A DNA stretch of 64,000 bases from NCBI RefSeq assembly GCF_003018255.1, contig NZ_CP027440.1. One strand, written 5' to 3'. The DNA is from Escherichia coli. GTDB taxonomy: Bacteria > Pseudomonadota > Gammaproteobacteria > Enterobacterales > Enterobacteriaceae. The notes under the pieces were generated by a model. That model worked only from the letters and a program-made list of their open reading frames with translations, ran no database searches and had not been told where the DNA came from. The position numbers were made by a program, and so were the translations under genes. Shown piece after piece: positions 14,437 to 29,645 of this stretch. Numbering within the stretch: the first letter of the stretch is position 1; each line of letters starts with the position of its first letter.

Positions 14437-16511
14437 TTACCGCCAATTGTCGCCGTCATGCGGATATGTCGGTTATCAGATAGTTCCAGATTCGACAGCA
14501 CCACTAACTGCGGCAGGCTGCGGCGCAGGAAACGAGACAATAATGGTCGCAGCGCGTGGTTCACCAACAATACAGACGGCGCACCCAACATCTCCTGACG
14601 GGATAGCGCTTCCTGAGTTTGCGCCAGCAAACGATCCGCCAGCCCTGGCTCCAGTCCGCCCCCACCCTGCAACGCCTGTAGTAACAAACGTTCCAGCGGC
14701 GTATCAAGGCCAATAACATGGACTTCATCTTTGCCAGGAAACCACTGCTGGGTAATCGCCCGTCCCAACGCCACGCGCACGACGGCGGTTAATTCATGTG
14801 GATCGCTCTGAATGGGCGCATGTTCTGCCAGCGTTTCGAGAATGGTGCGCATATCGCGAATCGGCACTTTTTCATCGAGCAGATTTTGCAGCACTTTATG
14901 CAGTGTGGTGAGCGTGACGACGCCAGGAACGAGATCTTCCGTCAGCTTTGGCATCTCCTGGGCGACGCGATCCAGCAACTGTTGCGCCTCCTGACGACCA
15001 AACAGCTCTGCGGCATGCTGGCTAATGAGGTGGTTAAGATGCGTTGCCACCACCGTGCTGGCCTCAACCACGGTGTACCCCTGAATCTGCGCCTGTTCTT
15101 TAAGCGCACTTTCAATCCAGATAGCATTCAGGCCAAACGCCGGATCGACGGTCGCCTCACCAGGTAACGTCCCGGCAGCGGTACCAGGGTTAATCGCCAA
15201 CCAACGCCCCGGATAAGCATCACCACTGCCTATCTCCACGCCTTTCATCAAAATGCGATAGCGGGCAGGTTGCAGATCCATATTGTCGCGAATGTGCACC
15301 ACCGGCGGCAGAAACCCCATCTCCTGGGCAAATTTCTTGCGAATACTGCGTATACGGCCCAGCAACTCACCATCCTGCTGGAAATCGACCATCGGGATCA
15401 GGCGATAACCCACTTCCATTCCCAGAGAATCTTCCAGTTGTACATCGTTCCACGTTGCTTCGATTACCGAATTATTCTCTGCCATTTTTACCGGTTTTGG
15501 TTCGGCAGGCGCTTTTTGTTCACGTCCGCGGATCCACCAGGCCAGTCCCAGCAATCCGGCAGTGAACAGCAAAAATACCAGGTTCGGCATTCCAGGCACC
15601 AGGCCGAGTAAACCGAGCACGGCGGCGCTTAACAACATAACGCTTGGGTTACTGAAAAGCTGATTCACCATCTGCTCGCCAACATCCTGATCGGTGCTGA
15701 CACGCGTAACGATGACCCCGGCGGCGGTAGAAATCACCAGCGCCGGAATTTGTGCCACAAGACCGTCGCCAATGGTCAATAGCGTATAACTTTCCGCCGC
15801 GTGTCCCATGCTCATGCCATGTTGCAGCACGCCGACCAGCAACCCGCCGACAACGTTAATGACCATGATGAGGATCCCGGCGATGGCATCGCCGCGGACA
15901 AACTTACTTGCCCCGTCCATTGAGCCGTAAAAATCGGCTTCCTGAGTCACTTCGGAGCGGCGTTTTTTCGCCTCATCTTCACCAATCAATCCGGCGTTAA
16001 GGTCGGCGTCAACCGCCATCTGCTTACCCGGCATACCATCGAGAACAAAGCGCGCGCCCACTTCCGCAATACGCCCGGCACCTTTGGTGATAACCATAAA
16101 GTTGATGATCACGAGAATGACGAACACCACGATACCGATAGCGAAATTGCCACCAACGAGGAAGTGACCGAACGCTTCGACCACCTTTCCAGCCGCCGCC
16201 GCGCCGGTATGCCCTTCCATCAAAATGATACGGGTTGAAGCCACATTAAGTGCCAGACGCAACAACGTGGTAAACAACAGAATCGTCGGAAACGCAGCAA
16301 ACTCAAGCGTGCGTTGGGTAAACATCGCCACCAGCAACACCATGATCGACAAGGCAATATTGAAGGTAAACAGCAGGTCGAGTATGAATGCGGGCAGTGG
16401 CAGTACCATCATCGACAAGATCAACAGGATCAAAATCGGTCCGGCAAGGATCTGCCAGTGTGTCGATTTCAGGTTTGCGGGCAGGCGCAGCATCGCGGCC
16501 AGATTACTCAT
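14433..16511 (-). CDS. flhA: Flagellar type III export apparatus protein FlhA
   Basis: ORF 14433-16586; start placed at MSNLAAMLRLPANLKSTHW (about 692 aa); the ORF-track start is an upstream extension running into flhB. Confidence 0.95.
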   Translation of the reverse strand: MSNLAAMLRLPANLKSTHWQILAGPILILLILSMMVLPLPAFILDLLFTFNIALSIMVLLVAMFTQRTLEFAAFPTILLFTTLLRLALNVASTRIILMEGHTGAAAAGKVVEAFGHFLVGGNFAIGIVVFVILVIINFMVITKGAGRIAEVGARFVLDGMPGKQMAVDADLNAGLIGEDEAKKRRSEVTQEADFYGSMDGASKFVRGDAIAGILIMVINVVGGLLVGVLQHGMSMGHAAESYTLLTIGDGLVAQIPALVISTAAGVIVTRVSTDQDVGEQMVNQLFSNPSVMLLSAAVLGLLGLVPGMPNLVFLLFTAGLLGLAWWIRGREQKAPAEPKPVKMAENNSVIEATWNDVQLEDSLGMEVGYRLIPMVDFQQDGELLGRIRSIRKKFAQEMGFLPPVVHIRDNMDLQPARYRILMKGVEIGSGDAYPGRWLAINPGTAAGTLPGEATVDPAFGLNAIWIESALKEQAQIQGYTVVEASTVVATHLNHLISQHAAELFGRQEAQQLLDRVAQEMPKLTEDLVPGVVTLTTLHKVLQNLLDEKVPIRDMRTILETLAEHAPIQSDPHELTAVVRVALGRAITQQWFPGKDEVHVIGLDTPLERLLLQALQGGGGLEPGLADRLLAQTQEALSRQEMLGAPSVLLVNHALRPLLSRFLRRSLPQLVVLSNLELSDNRHIRMTATIGGK

Positions 16512-17652
16512 GGGTCGGTTTCTCGTTAATAAAATCCAGGGCTTCCGGCACCGGAAGATGAGTAGGTTGTACAGGGCGCTGTCCACCAGCCAGACGCCAG
16601 CGTTTCAGTTGCCAGACCCAGGCCAGCACTTCCGCCACCGCGGCGTACAGTTGACCCGGGATTTGTTGACCGATCTCCGCATGTCGATACAGCGCACGCG
16701 CCAGCGGCGGCGCTTCAAGCGTCGGGACGTTATTTTCAGCGCCAATTTCACGAATGCGCAGCGCGACCAGCCCTGCACCTTTAGCGACCACTTTCGGTGC
16801 GCTCATTTTGTTTTCGTCATACTGCAAAGCCACTGAGTAGTGAGTTGGGTTATTGACGATAACGTCCGCTTTCGGCACATCGGCCATCATCCGCCGCCGC
16901 GCCGCAGCTCGCTGCATCTGACGGATTCGCCCTTTGACATGAGGGTCGCCTTCGCTTTGTTTGAACTCATCACGAATATCCTGCCGTGACATACGCAGCT
17001 TTTTCAGGTGGCTGAAGATTTGGAAAAAGACGTCAAATCCCACCATCGGAATGACACCAAGCACCACCAGCAATGCGCACAGCCCTACCAGATCCATCGC
17101 ATTACCCATGGCGGTAATGGGGGACTCCGCCATTAAGCGCATCATTTGCGGCCAGTGGTGCCAGAGATAAAACCCCGTCACACTGCCGACCAGGATGGAT
17201 TTCAAAATCGCTTTAAGCAACTCCGCACCGGTTTGTGCCGAAAACATCCGTTTAATGCCCGGTAGCGGGTTGAGTTTGGAAAACTTCGGCTGCAAGGATT
17301 TGCCGCTAAATACCAGGCCACCCAACATAACCGGAGAAATAAGCGCCACCAGCACCACACCGCTAATCAGCGGCAGCAGCGCCAGCATGGCTTCTCTGAT
17401 CAGCAGAATAATTTGCCCGAGGATCAGATTCGGGTCATTGATAATACTGTGATCAAAATGCAGCCCAGCGGAGAGCATGCCCGACAATCGACGGGCCAGC
17501 GACACACCGCCAAACCAGATAACACACACGCCCACTAACAAAATCAGCAGTGACGTTAATTCACGTGAACGCGGGATTTGCCCCTCTTCCCGCGCTTTTT
17601 CTAGTCGGTGAGGTGTGGGGGCTTCTGTTTTGTCGTCGCTCTCGTCAGACAC
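16504..17652 (-). CDS. flhB: Flagellar type III export apparatus switch protein FlhB
   Basis: 382 aa ORF with the NPTH autocleavage motif (VIVNNPTHYSVAL). Confidence 0.96.
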   Translation of the reverse strand: MSDESDDKTEAPTPHRLEKAREEGQIPRSRELTSLLILLVGVCVIWFGGVSLARRLSGMLSAGLHFDHSIINDPNLILGQIILLIREAMLALLPLISGVVLVALISPVMLGGLVFSGKSLQPKFSKLNPLPGIKRMFSAQTGAELLKAILKSILVGSVTGFYLWHHWPQMMRLMAESPITAMGNAMDLVGLCALLVVLGVIPMVGFDVFFQIFSHLKKLRMSRQDIRDEFKQSEGDPHVKGRIRQMQRAAARRRMMADVPKADVIVNNPTHYSVALQYDENKMSAPKVVAKGAGLVALRIREIGAENNVPTLEAPPLARALYRHAEIGQQIPGQLYAAVAEVLAWVWQLKRWRLAGGQRPVQPTHLPVPEALDFINEKPTHE

Positions 17653-17780
17653 GTCGCCAATCCTGGAAAGAGTATTAAGCGTAAATGATGCCAGAGCGCA
17701 AAGCGTTCAATGGTTTGAGTAAGGGGCAAAACAGGCGGGATTTAGGGCTTTTACTGCCACACATCAAGCATAGTATGCGT

Positions 17781-17835
17781 TTGTCGGATGCGGCGTCATC
17801 GCCTGATATGACGTGGTCACGCCACATCAGGCAAT
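17781..17835. repeat. REP-like palindromic element in the flhB/cheZ intergenic region
   Basis: gtcggatgcggcgtcatcgcctgatatgacgtggtcacgccacatcaggca resembles the REP consensus (gccggatgcggcg...) with internal dyad symmetry. Confidence 0.55.
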
Positions 17836-17840
17836 ACAAA

Positions 17841-18485
17841 TCAAAATCCAAGACTATCCAACAAATCGTCCACCTGATCCTGACTGGCTACCACACCGGC
17901 TTTGCTGGTATCGACCTGAGGTCCATTAAGCAAACTCTGGTTTTCACGTTTTGGACGCGACTCCTGTTCCGGGATGTTTTCCAACAGCACCATCAACAAC
18001 TGGCGTTCGATCTCCTGAATGACATCCATCATCCGCTTAATAACCTGCCCGGTGAGATCCTGAAAATCCTGCGCCATCATGATTTCCAGCAGTTGCGCGT
18101 TAGTAAAGCTGGTATGCGCGGGGACATCTGCCAGAAATTGCCGCGTATCTGTTACCAGTTCTCGGGCGTCGGCAAGGTCAATCGGATCGGCAAACCAGTC
18201 ATCCCAACGTTGGGTTAACGCTTTTGCTGATTTCTCCATTTGATCCTGATGCGGTTGTGACGCCTCAACACTGTTCAGCGCCCGCTCCGCAGCCTGGGCG
18301 GTCATCTGCACAACATAGTACAAACGATCGCGCGCATCGGGGATGGCTTCCGCCGCTTCGGCAATGGCCTGATCCAGCCCCAGTTCCCGCAAACTGTCGC
18401 GCAGCATACGCGTCAGGCTGCCGATGCGCGCAATGATATCGCCAGCTGAATGCTCGTCAGCAGGTTTGATTGATGGTTGCATCAT
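17841..18485 (-). CDS. cheZ: CheY-P phosphatase CheZ
   Basis: ORF 17841-18515; start placed at [16 protein letters not shown] giving 214 aa. Confidence 0.95.
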
Positions 18486-18495
18486 AGTCGCATCC

Positions 18496-19949
<1,454 letters not shown>

Positions 19950-19951
19950 CG

Positions 19952-20812
19952 TTAATCCTTACTTAGCGCATACACCGTCTGACCACGCAGCGTGAAGCGG
20001 CGCTCAAGGTGGCTAAAGTTTTCAGAGTGACCCGCAAACAGCAATCCGTCGGGTTTAAGGAGCGGAACAAAGCGGCGCAAAATCTCCTGCTGGGTAGTTT
20101 GATCGAAGTAGATCATGACGTTACGACAGAAGATCGCATCAAACGGCCCCGGCACGGTGTACTGTTTCGCCAGTAAATTCAGCGGGGCAAAATCAACATA
20201 GTTCGCCAGCTCCTGACGCACGCGTACCAGCCCTTCATGCGGTCCCGTCCCTCGCATGAAATACCGTTGCAGTTGCTGCGGCGTCAGGTTTTTCAACTCT
20301 TCATGGCGATAAATACCGCTTCTGGCTTTTTCCAGCACTTCGGTGTCGATATCGCTGGCAAACACTTTCCAGCGTCCGGGCACGGTGCCCAATGTGTCAG
20401 CCAGCGTCATCGCAATGCTGTACGGCTCTTCGCCGGTCGAAGCCGCCGCGCTCCATACGCGATACTCGCCAGAACGGCGACGTGCGTGATCCGCGAGCAG
20501 AGGAAAATGATGCGCCTCACGGAAAAATGCCGTCAGATTCGTGGTCAGCGAATTGATAAACGCCTGCCACTCACCGCTGTGCAGATTAGATTCCAGCAAG
20601 TTCAGGTAATGACCGAAATCCGTCAGTCCCAGCGAACGCAAACGACGAACCAGTCGGTTGTAAACCATGTCGCGTTTATGGTCGGCCAGGACGATCCCGG
20701 CTCGTTGATAGATCAATTGACTTATCCGCCGAAAATGCGCGTCGGAAAGCGCCAGGCGCTCGGTCATCTGTAACAATAAAGACGTTTGCCCACAGGGCAG
20801 AGATGAAGTCAT
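19952..20812 (-). CDS. cheR: Chemotaxis methyltransferase CheR
   Basis: 286 aa ORF; SAM-dependent methyltransferase in the cheR position. Confidence 0.97.
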   Translation of the reverse strand: MTSSLPCGQTSLLLQMTERLALSDAHFRRISQLIYQRAGIVLADHKRDMVYNRLVRRLRSLGLTDFGHYLNLLESNLHSGEWQAFINSLTTNLTAFFREAHHFPLLADHARRRSGEYRVWSAAASTGEEPYSIAMTLADTLGTVPGRWKVFASDIDTEVLEKARSGIYRHEELKNLTPQQLQRYFMRGTGPHEGLVRVRQELANYVDFAPLNLLAKQYTVPGPFDAIFCRNVMIYFDQTTQQEILRRFVPLLKPDGLLFAGHSENFSHLERRFTLRGQTVYALSKD

Positions 20813-20830
20813 AGCGCCTTCTCAATCACT

Positions 20831-22432
20831 TCAGGATACCACTGGCGCAATTTGTAACTGCGCCGACTCATGTCGTGCTACTTCATGCTCTTCAAGGGTA
20901 AATACCGCCACGCGCGACGAAAGATGGTCGGCCTGATTCGCCAGTTGTTCTGTTGCCACCGCCGCTTCTTCTACCAGGGAGGCGTTCTGCTGTGTCACCT
21001 GATCCATCTGGCTGACAGCCTGTGCAACCTGCTCAATCCCCCGCCGTTGTTCTTCCGAGGCCGAAGCAATTTCTCCCATAATGTCGTTCACGCGGGTCAC
21101 CGAACTGACAATATCAGTCATGGTCGCGGCGGCGTTATTCACCAGTTTCGAACCCTGCTGGACACGATTGACTGACTCTTCGATCAGCCCTTTGATCTCT
21201 TTTGCTGCCTGGGCGCTACGGCTGGCAAGATTGCGCACTTCACCTGCCACTACCGCAAAACCACGCCCCTGCTCTCCGGCGCGAGCCGCTTCCACTGCCG
21301 CATTCAGGGCCAGAATATTGGTCTGGAAAGCAATGCCGTCGATAACGCTGATAATGTCGCCAATTTTTTGCGAGCTGGTAGCGATCTCCTGCATGGTGTG
21401 AGTCATGGTACTGACCTGAACACCGCCCGCCTGCGCCGTTGTCGCGGCATTTTTTGCCAGTTCCGACGCCTGTCGTGCGTTATCGGCGTTTTGCCCTACC
21501 GTGGCGGTTAATTGCTCCATACTGGCGGCCGTTTGTGCCAGCGATGCCGCCTGCTGTTCGGTGCGACTTGAGAGATCGTTATTGCCTGCGACAATCTCCG
21601 CGATACCAATGTGCATCTCCTGGCTTCCCTTACGCACATCACTTACCGTCCCACGCAAAGCCTGCTGCATGGTCTTCAGGCTGGCAAAAATGGCGGTGAT
21701 CTCATTGCGACCATACACCGCAATCGGACGTGCCAGATTACCCGCAGCAATGCTGTCAAAATGGCTACCGATAATGGCCAGTGGTTGAACAATCATCTTG
21801 CGCGTCCACCACAGCGCACTGCTGATGTAGATCGCCGCAACAATAATCATGCTGATAAACACCAGCGCCGAAATGTGATAGTTACGCTGGCTTTGCGCAC
21901 TGGCACTTTCCAGCACATGGTTGATCTCCAGCTGCCAGGCCTCAAAGTTAACGTCAAACGCATTCTGTGATTCCTGCACCGGCGCAGTGAGGAAATCCGA
22001 AAGTTGATTACTTTCAAGCCAGGTCGCCTGATGTTCGAGATCGTTGTGCCAGCGGGCAAAACTTTTCTCCGTCTCTTTTTGCAACGCCCTGACGTGCTCG
22101 TTGCCCGCAGTCATCGCCATAAAACTTTTAAACAGCGTGGTGGATTGCGTCAGACTGGCGCGCGCCGTCGTCATCAACGTTTTAATGTCATCCGCCGGAT
22201 AGCTAAGCGCCGTCAGAGTGCCCGCTTTGTTCAGCGCGGTACTGGCCTGTAACATTACCGCCCGAGTTTGCGCTAATGCCGCACGTTGCTGATTGCTCTG
22301 CTCGACCTGATTCAGTCGTTGCAAATCGTCGCGAAATGCCCAAAAAGACATGCCGTTACTGCCAATCTGCAAGATCCCGCAGAGAATCAAAATTAAAAAC
22401 AGCGTGGTCGAAATTCGAATACGATTAAACAT
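20831..22432 (-). CDS. tap: Methyl-accepting chemotaxis protein IV (dipeptide/pyrimidine receptor)
   Basis: 533 aa from MFNRIRISTTLFL; two TM segments, HAMP, conserved MCP signalling domain ([26 protein letters not shown]). Confidence 0.95.
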   Translation of the reverse strand: MFNRIRISTTLFLILILCGILQIGSNGMSFWAFRDDLQRLNQVEQSNQQRAALAQTRAVMLQASTALNKAGTLTALSYPADDIKTLMTTARASLTQSTTLFKSFMAMTAGNEHVRALQKETEKSFARWHNDLEHQATWLESNQLSDFLTAPVQESQNAFDVNFEAWQLEINHVLESASAQSQRNYHISALVFISMIIVAAIYISSALWWTRKMIVQPLAIIGSHFDSIAAGNLARPIAVYGRNEITAIFASLKTMQQALRGTVSDVRKGSQEMHIGIAEIVAGNNDLSSRTEQQAASLAQTAASMEQLTATVGQNADNARQASELAKNAATTAQAGGVQVSTMTHTMQEIATSSQKIGDIISVIDGIAFQTNILALNAAVEAARAGEQGRGFAVVAGEVRNLASRSAQAAKEIKGLIEESVNRVQQGSKLVNNAAATMTDIVSSVTRVNDIMGEIASASEEQRRGIEQVAQAVSQMDQVTQQNASLVEEAAVATEQLANQADHLSSRVAVFTLEEHEVARHESAQLQIAPVVS

Positions 22433-22477
22433 CAACGCTCCCCATCAGGCGGCAATGACCGCGTTAGTAAATACTCG

Positions 22478-24139
22478 TCAAAATGTTTCCCAGTTTGGAT
22501 CTTGTTCAGCAATTCGCAGTCGTGGCTGTGCCGGTGGTTGCTCACTGGCAGGACGGGATGGTGTTTGCGGTTTATTGGTGAGTGGGCTGGCTGCCAGACG
22601 GAACGCGGAAACCGCTTGCGTTAAACGACTCGCCTGTTCTTCCAGCGCAGCTGCGGCGGCAGCTGATTCCTGCACCAGCGATGCGTTCTGTTGCGTGACG
22701 CGATCCATTTCCGAAACCGCCAATGCGACTTGATCGATGCCACGGCTCTGTTCATCCGATGCCGATGCAATCTCGCCCATAATGTCAGTCACGCGAGTGA
22801 CAGCATTGACGATATTGTTCATTGTTTCCCCGGCGCTTTCGACCAGCACCGAACCGGTATCAACGCGCGAGACGGAGTCTTCAATGAGGGCTTTGATCTC
22901 TTTTGCCGCCTGGGCGCTGCGACTGGCAAGATTACGCACTTCGCCCGCCACCACGGCAAAACCACGGCCCTGTTCACCCGCTCGTGCGGCTTCAACAGCG
23001 GCATTCAGCGCGAGGATATTAGTCTGGAAGGCAATACCATCGATAACGCTGATAATGTCGGCAATTTTCTTCGAACTATCGGCGATCTCATGCATCGTTT
23101 TCACTACGCCATCCACCACTTTGCCGCCGTGCTGGGCGGTGTCGGAGGCACTTTGCGCCAGTTGCGAGGCCTGGCGGGCGTTATCGGCGTTTTGCTTCAC
23201 TGTCGCGGTGAGCTGCTCCATGCTGGCGGCAGTTTCTTCCAGCGCGGATGCCTGCTGTTCCGTACGGGAGGAAAGATCGGTGTTGCCCGCCGCAATTTCA
23301 CGGGTACCGGCATAGATGGCATCTGAACCTTCACGCACATGAGTGACGGTGTCAGTCAAAGAGCGTTGCATATGTGAAACGCTCTGCGCCAGGTCGCCCA
23401 TTTCACTGCGCCCGTCAATGGTCAGGGTATTCGCCAGGTTACCACCGGCGATTTCGCGAATGTGAGCAATAATTTTTGCCAGCGGTGTAAGCAACATACG
23501 GCGAATGCCGTACCACGCCACCAGCAGAATCAATACCACCACCAGCGCGATAACCGCCAGTTGCCACTGGGCAAATCGGTAATCATCTGCGTTGTCAGTG
23601 ACGATATCGCGATACAGTTTTTCACTGCTGAGGGCGTACTGAGCAAACGCTTCGCCCATTGCATTTTGCATTCCCTGGGTTGGCTGAGCGAAATAAGCTC
23701 CAGTATTGCCATAATCAAGATAATCAATCAGTTCAGTTAACGCTGTGTGATAGTTTTTATATTTTTCATCAATATTACGACTGGTAGCGACCATTTCAGG
23801 TAACGGTGCCATGCTTTTGAATTTTTTATAATGAGTCGCTGCCTGGGCCAATGTTTTCCTGGCGCTATCGAGCAATTCAACTTTGGCATTACTTTGCTGA
23901 TTGGATGAATCCATCATCATCCGCACCGCTGAACGACTCAGGTTAATGCGCGTTTGCAGCATTAAATCCCATGTTGACGTCAGCTCGCCCTGCTGTTCCC
24001 GTAATTGATTGGAAACCACAAAGCTCTTCTGGCTATGGTGAAGGGAAGAAAAAAACAGACTGCCGGAAATAAGCTGTAACAGTGCGAATACCCCCAGCAC
24101 CATTACCAACAGCGTGACTACGCGGATACGGTTAATCAT
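22478..24139 (-). CDS. tar: Methyl-accepting chemotaxis protein II (aspartate/maltose receptor)
   Basis: ORF 22478-24160; start placed at [22 protein letters not shown] (553 aa); C-terminal NWETF pentapeptide that tethers CheR/CheB. Confidence 0.96.
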   Translation of the reverse strand: MINRIRVVTLLVMVLGVFALLQLISGSLFFSSLHHSQKSFVVSNQLREQQGELTSTWDLMLQTRINLSRSAVRMMMDSSNQQSNAKVELLDSARKTLAQAATHYKKFKSMAPLPEMVATSRNIDEKYKNYHTALTELIDYLDYGNTGAYFAQPTQGMQNAMGEAFAQYALSSEKLYRDIVTDNADDYRFAQWQLAVIALVVVLILLVAWYGIRRMLLTPLAKIIAHIREIAGGNLANTLTIDGRSEMGDLAQSVSHMQRSLTDTVTHVREGSDAIYAGTREIAAGNTDLSSRTEQQASALEETAASMEQLTATVKQNADNARQASQLAQSASDTAQHGGKVVDGVVKTMHEIADSSKKIADIISVIDGIAFQTNILALNAAVEAARAGEQGRGFAVVAGEVRNLASRSAQAAKEIKALIEDSVSRVDTGSVLVESAGETMNNIVNAVTRVTDIMGEIASASDEQSRGIDQVALAVSEMDRVTQQNASLVQESAAAAAALEEQASRLTQAVSAFRLAASPLTNKPQTPSRPASEQPPAQPRLRIAEQDPNWETF

Positions 24140-24170
24140 AAGGCACCTTCCTGAAAACAAGTTGATCTCG

Positions 24171-24198
24171 TTATCGGCAAGGAAGGGGGAAACTTTAT
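24171..24198 (-). promoter_or_regulatory. Sigma-28 (FliA) class 3 promoter of the tar-tap-cheRBYZ operon
   Basis: Minus-strand reading gives TAAAGTTT-N11-GCCGATAA, a perfect match to the sigma-28 consensus, about 40 bp upstream of the tar start. Confidence 0.85.
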
Positions 24199-24226
24199 TG
24201 CTGATGCCACCCGCCGCGAAACTGAA

Positions 24227-24255
24227 ATAAAAAACCCGATGCGCAGATCATCGGG
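24227..24255 (-). terminator. Rho-independent terminator downstream of cheW (end of the motAB-cheAW operon)
   Basis: Stem cccgatg (24235-24241) / catcggg (24249-24255); the A-run on the plus strand is a T-run after the stem on the minus strand. Confidence 0.75.
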
Positions 24256-24283
24256 TTCATTGCAATTGAGGAAATCGGGAGAA

Positions 24284-24787
24284 TTACGCCACTTCTGACG
24301 CCGCGCTATCTAACAGCGCCATCTCTTCGCTGTTCAGCAGTTTTTCGATGTTCACCAGAATCAACATACGGTCGCCCAGTGCACCCAGTCCAGTGAGATA
24401 TTCTGTTGAAAGCGTCACGGCAAATTCCGGTGCCGGACGAATTTGCTCCGCCGTCAATGAAAGCACGTCTGAGACGCCGTCAACCACGATGCCGACCACC
24501 CGCTGTCCGAGATTCAGGACGATAACTACCGTGTTGTCGTTATAGTCCACATCCACCTGGCTGAACTTAATTCGTAAGTCCACAATCGGCACAATAACAC
24601 CGCGCAGATTCGTGACGCCTTTGATAAACGCTGGCGTGTTCGCAATCCGTGTTACCTGATCGTAGCCACGGATCTCCTGCACTTTCAGAATATCAATACC
24701 GTACTCTTCATCACCAAGGGTAAATACCAGAAATTCCTGGCCTGACGGCTCGCTGGCCAGCTTTGTTACATTCGTCATACCGGTCAT
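24284..24787 (-). CDS. cheW: Chemotaxis coupling protein CheW
   Basis: 167 aa, [46 protein letters not shown] CheW domain. Confidence 0.98.
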
Positions 24788-24807
24788 ATTGTTACCTTTT
24801 TACTCAT

Positions 24808-27699
<2,892 letters not shown>

Positions 27700-27703
<4 letters not shown>

Positions 27704-28587
27704 GCTTCCTCGGTTGTCGTCTGTTGTTGCGGATTTTTCACCGCACGCACATGCTCTTCCAGTTCAATAAACGACGGACGTTCGCTGGAATAGAGCGTTT
27801 TGCGACCAAACTCAACGGCGATAGGCGGTGCGTAACCGTTCAGATTAGATAGCAGTGTGACTTTGACGCACTGCATCATTTTGCTGGTTTCGGCGCTTTT
27901 CTGACGTAAAACACTCGCTAATGGGGAAATAAATCCGTAAGCCAATAAAATACCGAGGAAAGTCCCCACCATCGCATGTGCGATAAGCGCCCCCAGCTCG
28001 GCGGCAGGACGATCGGCTGAACCTAACGCGTGAACGACCCCCATTACAGCCGCAACAATACCAAACGCCGGAAGTGAGTCCCCGACCAGCGCCAGACTGT
28101 TCGCCGGGACTTCTGCCTCGCTTTCGTGCGTCTCAATCTCTTCATCCATCAGAGCTTCGATTTCGAAGGTGTTCATGTGACCGCTGATAATCAGGCGCAG
28201 ATAATCGACGATAAATTCAAGCATGACGCTATCCGCAAGGATGCGTGGGTAGCTGGCGAAGATCTCGCTCTCACGGGGATTTTCAATATCACGTTCCAGC
28301 GAAAACATCCCCATCTGCCGCGATTTCGCCATCAACCGATAAAGCAGAGCCAGCAGATCCATATACATTGCTTTGGTGTATTTGGAGCGACGAAACAGCA
28401 ACGGCAGCGCCTTCAGCGTGCCTTTAATCGCTTTGCCATTATTGCCGACGATAAACGACCCAATCCCTGCACCGGCAATAATCACCAGTTCAGCGGGTTG
28501 ATAGAGTGCTCCAAGGCTTCCACCGGTCATCAAATAACCGCCGAAAACTGTACCGAGAACAACCAGGTAACCTAATAAGATAAGCAC
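27700..28587 (-). CDS. motA: Flagellar motor stator protein MotA
   Basis: 295 aa, [23 protein letters not shown]; its stop overlaps the motB start. Confidence 0.97.
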
Positions 28588-28655
28588 GACATCATCCTTC
28601 CACTGTTGACCATGACAGGATGTTCAGTCGTCAGGCGTTAACACGCGATAGGGGC

Positions 28656-28688
28656 AAAAAAAAGCAGCGGTACGTCGTTACCGCTGCT
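28656..28688 (-). terminator. Rho-independent terminator downstream of flhC (end of the flhDC operon)
   Basis: Stem agcagcggta (28663-28672) / taccgctgct (28679-28688); the plus-strand A-run 28656-28663 gives a T-run after the stem on the minus strand. Confidence 0.7.
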
Positions 28689-28713
28689 GGAATGTTTCGC
28701 CACACCGTATCAG

Positions 28714-29292
28714 TTAAACAGCCTGTACTCTCTGTTCATCCAGCAGTTGTGGGATAATATCGGCAGGATTCTGGGAAAGTTTACGTCTTTTTACTGCCCG
28801 GGATGGCGGCTGACATAAGCTGCAGGCAAAGCTGCCAACAGGCTGGTGAGCGTGGGTAATAAAATTGCCGCCGCAGCAGTTGCAGCTGGAAAGTTGCAGT
28901 AATCCACTTTCAACAAACCGCACCAATGTCCAGGCACGGGTTAATGCCAGCAGCGGTCCCTCTTCTGCTTGCGGGCACTGTTCAAGGTATAAACGGTAGG
29001 CTTTGATCACCGCATCGACGCCATTACACAAACCGGTTTTCAGTAAAAACTGCCATGCGTTACAGAACATCGAAGCATGAACGTTTTGTTCCCAGGTCAT
29101 AAACCAGTCGGTTGAGAATGGCAGCATGCCTTTCGGCGGTGGGCTTCCGCGCAGTTCTTTATAGAGTTTTATCAGGCGTCCGCGACTTAACTGTGTTTCG
29201 CTTTCCAGCATCTGCAAACGAGCGCCCAGGGTGATCAATTCCATTGCCAGCTGAATATCCCGCGCTTCCTGAACAATGCTTTTTTCACTCAT
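28714..29292 (-). CDS. flhC: Flagellar master regulator subunit FlhC
   Basis: 192 aa, [27 protein letters not shown]; zinc-binding Cys cluster near the C-terminus. Confidence 0.98.
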
Positions 29293-29294
29293 GA

Positions 29295-29645
29295 TCAGGC
29301 CCTTTTCTTGCGCAGCGCTTCTTCAGGCTGATTAACATCATTCAGCAAGCGTGTTGAGAGCATGATGCCGGTATGAATTTGCTGGAGATCGTCAACGCGG
29401 GAATCTTGCGTCAACTGAGTAATCGTCTGGTGACTGTCAAAACGGAAGTGACAAACCAGTTGATTGGTTTCTGCCAGCTTAACCATTTGCGGAAGAGTCA
29501 GTGCCGCTAACGTTGTCGCCATTTCTTCATTTATGCCGAGACGAAACATAGCGGACGCTTTGTCCTGAACAATCAGACGCTGTGCAAGTAGTAAATATGA
29601 CAAGTTGATGTCATAAATGTGTTTCAGCAACTCGGAGGTATGCAT
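29295..29645 (-). CDS. flhD: Flagellar master regulator subunit FlhD
   Basis: ORF 29295-29654; start placed at [22 protein letters not shown] (116 aa). Confidence 0.96.

Noticed and set aside
16225-16836. 203 aa plus-strand ORF spanning the flhA/flhB junction
   Set aside because: Antisense to flhA and flhB; no independent support.
22691-23326. Plus-strand ORFs of 192-211 aa inside tar (also 21081-21401 and 21501-21788 inside tap)
   Set aside because: Antisense to the MCP signalling domains; Ala/Ser-rich translations arise from the repeated GCN/NGC codon structure of the sense strand.
28588-28655. Expected sigma-28 promoter of motA
   Set aside because: The motAB-cheAW operon is known to be FliA-dependent, but I could not identify a confident consensus match in the 68 bp between the flhC terminator and the motA start, so no promoter feature is reported.
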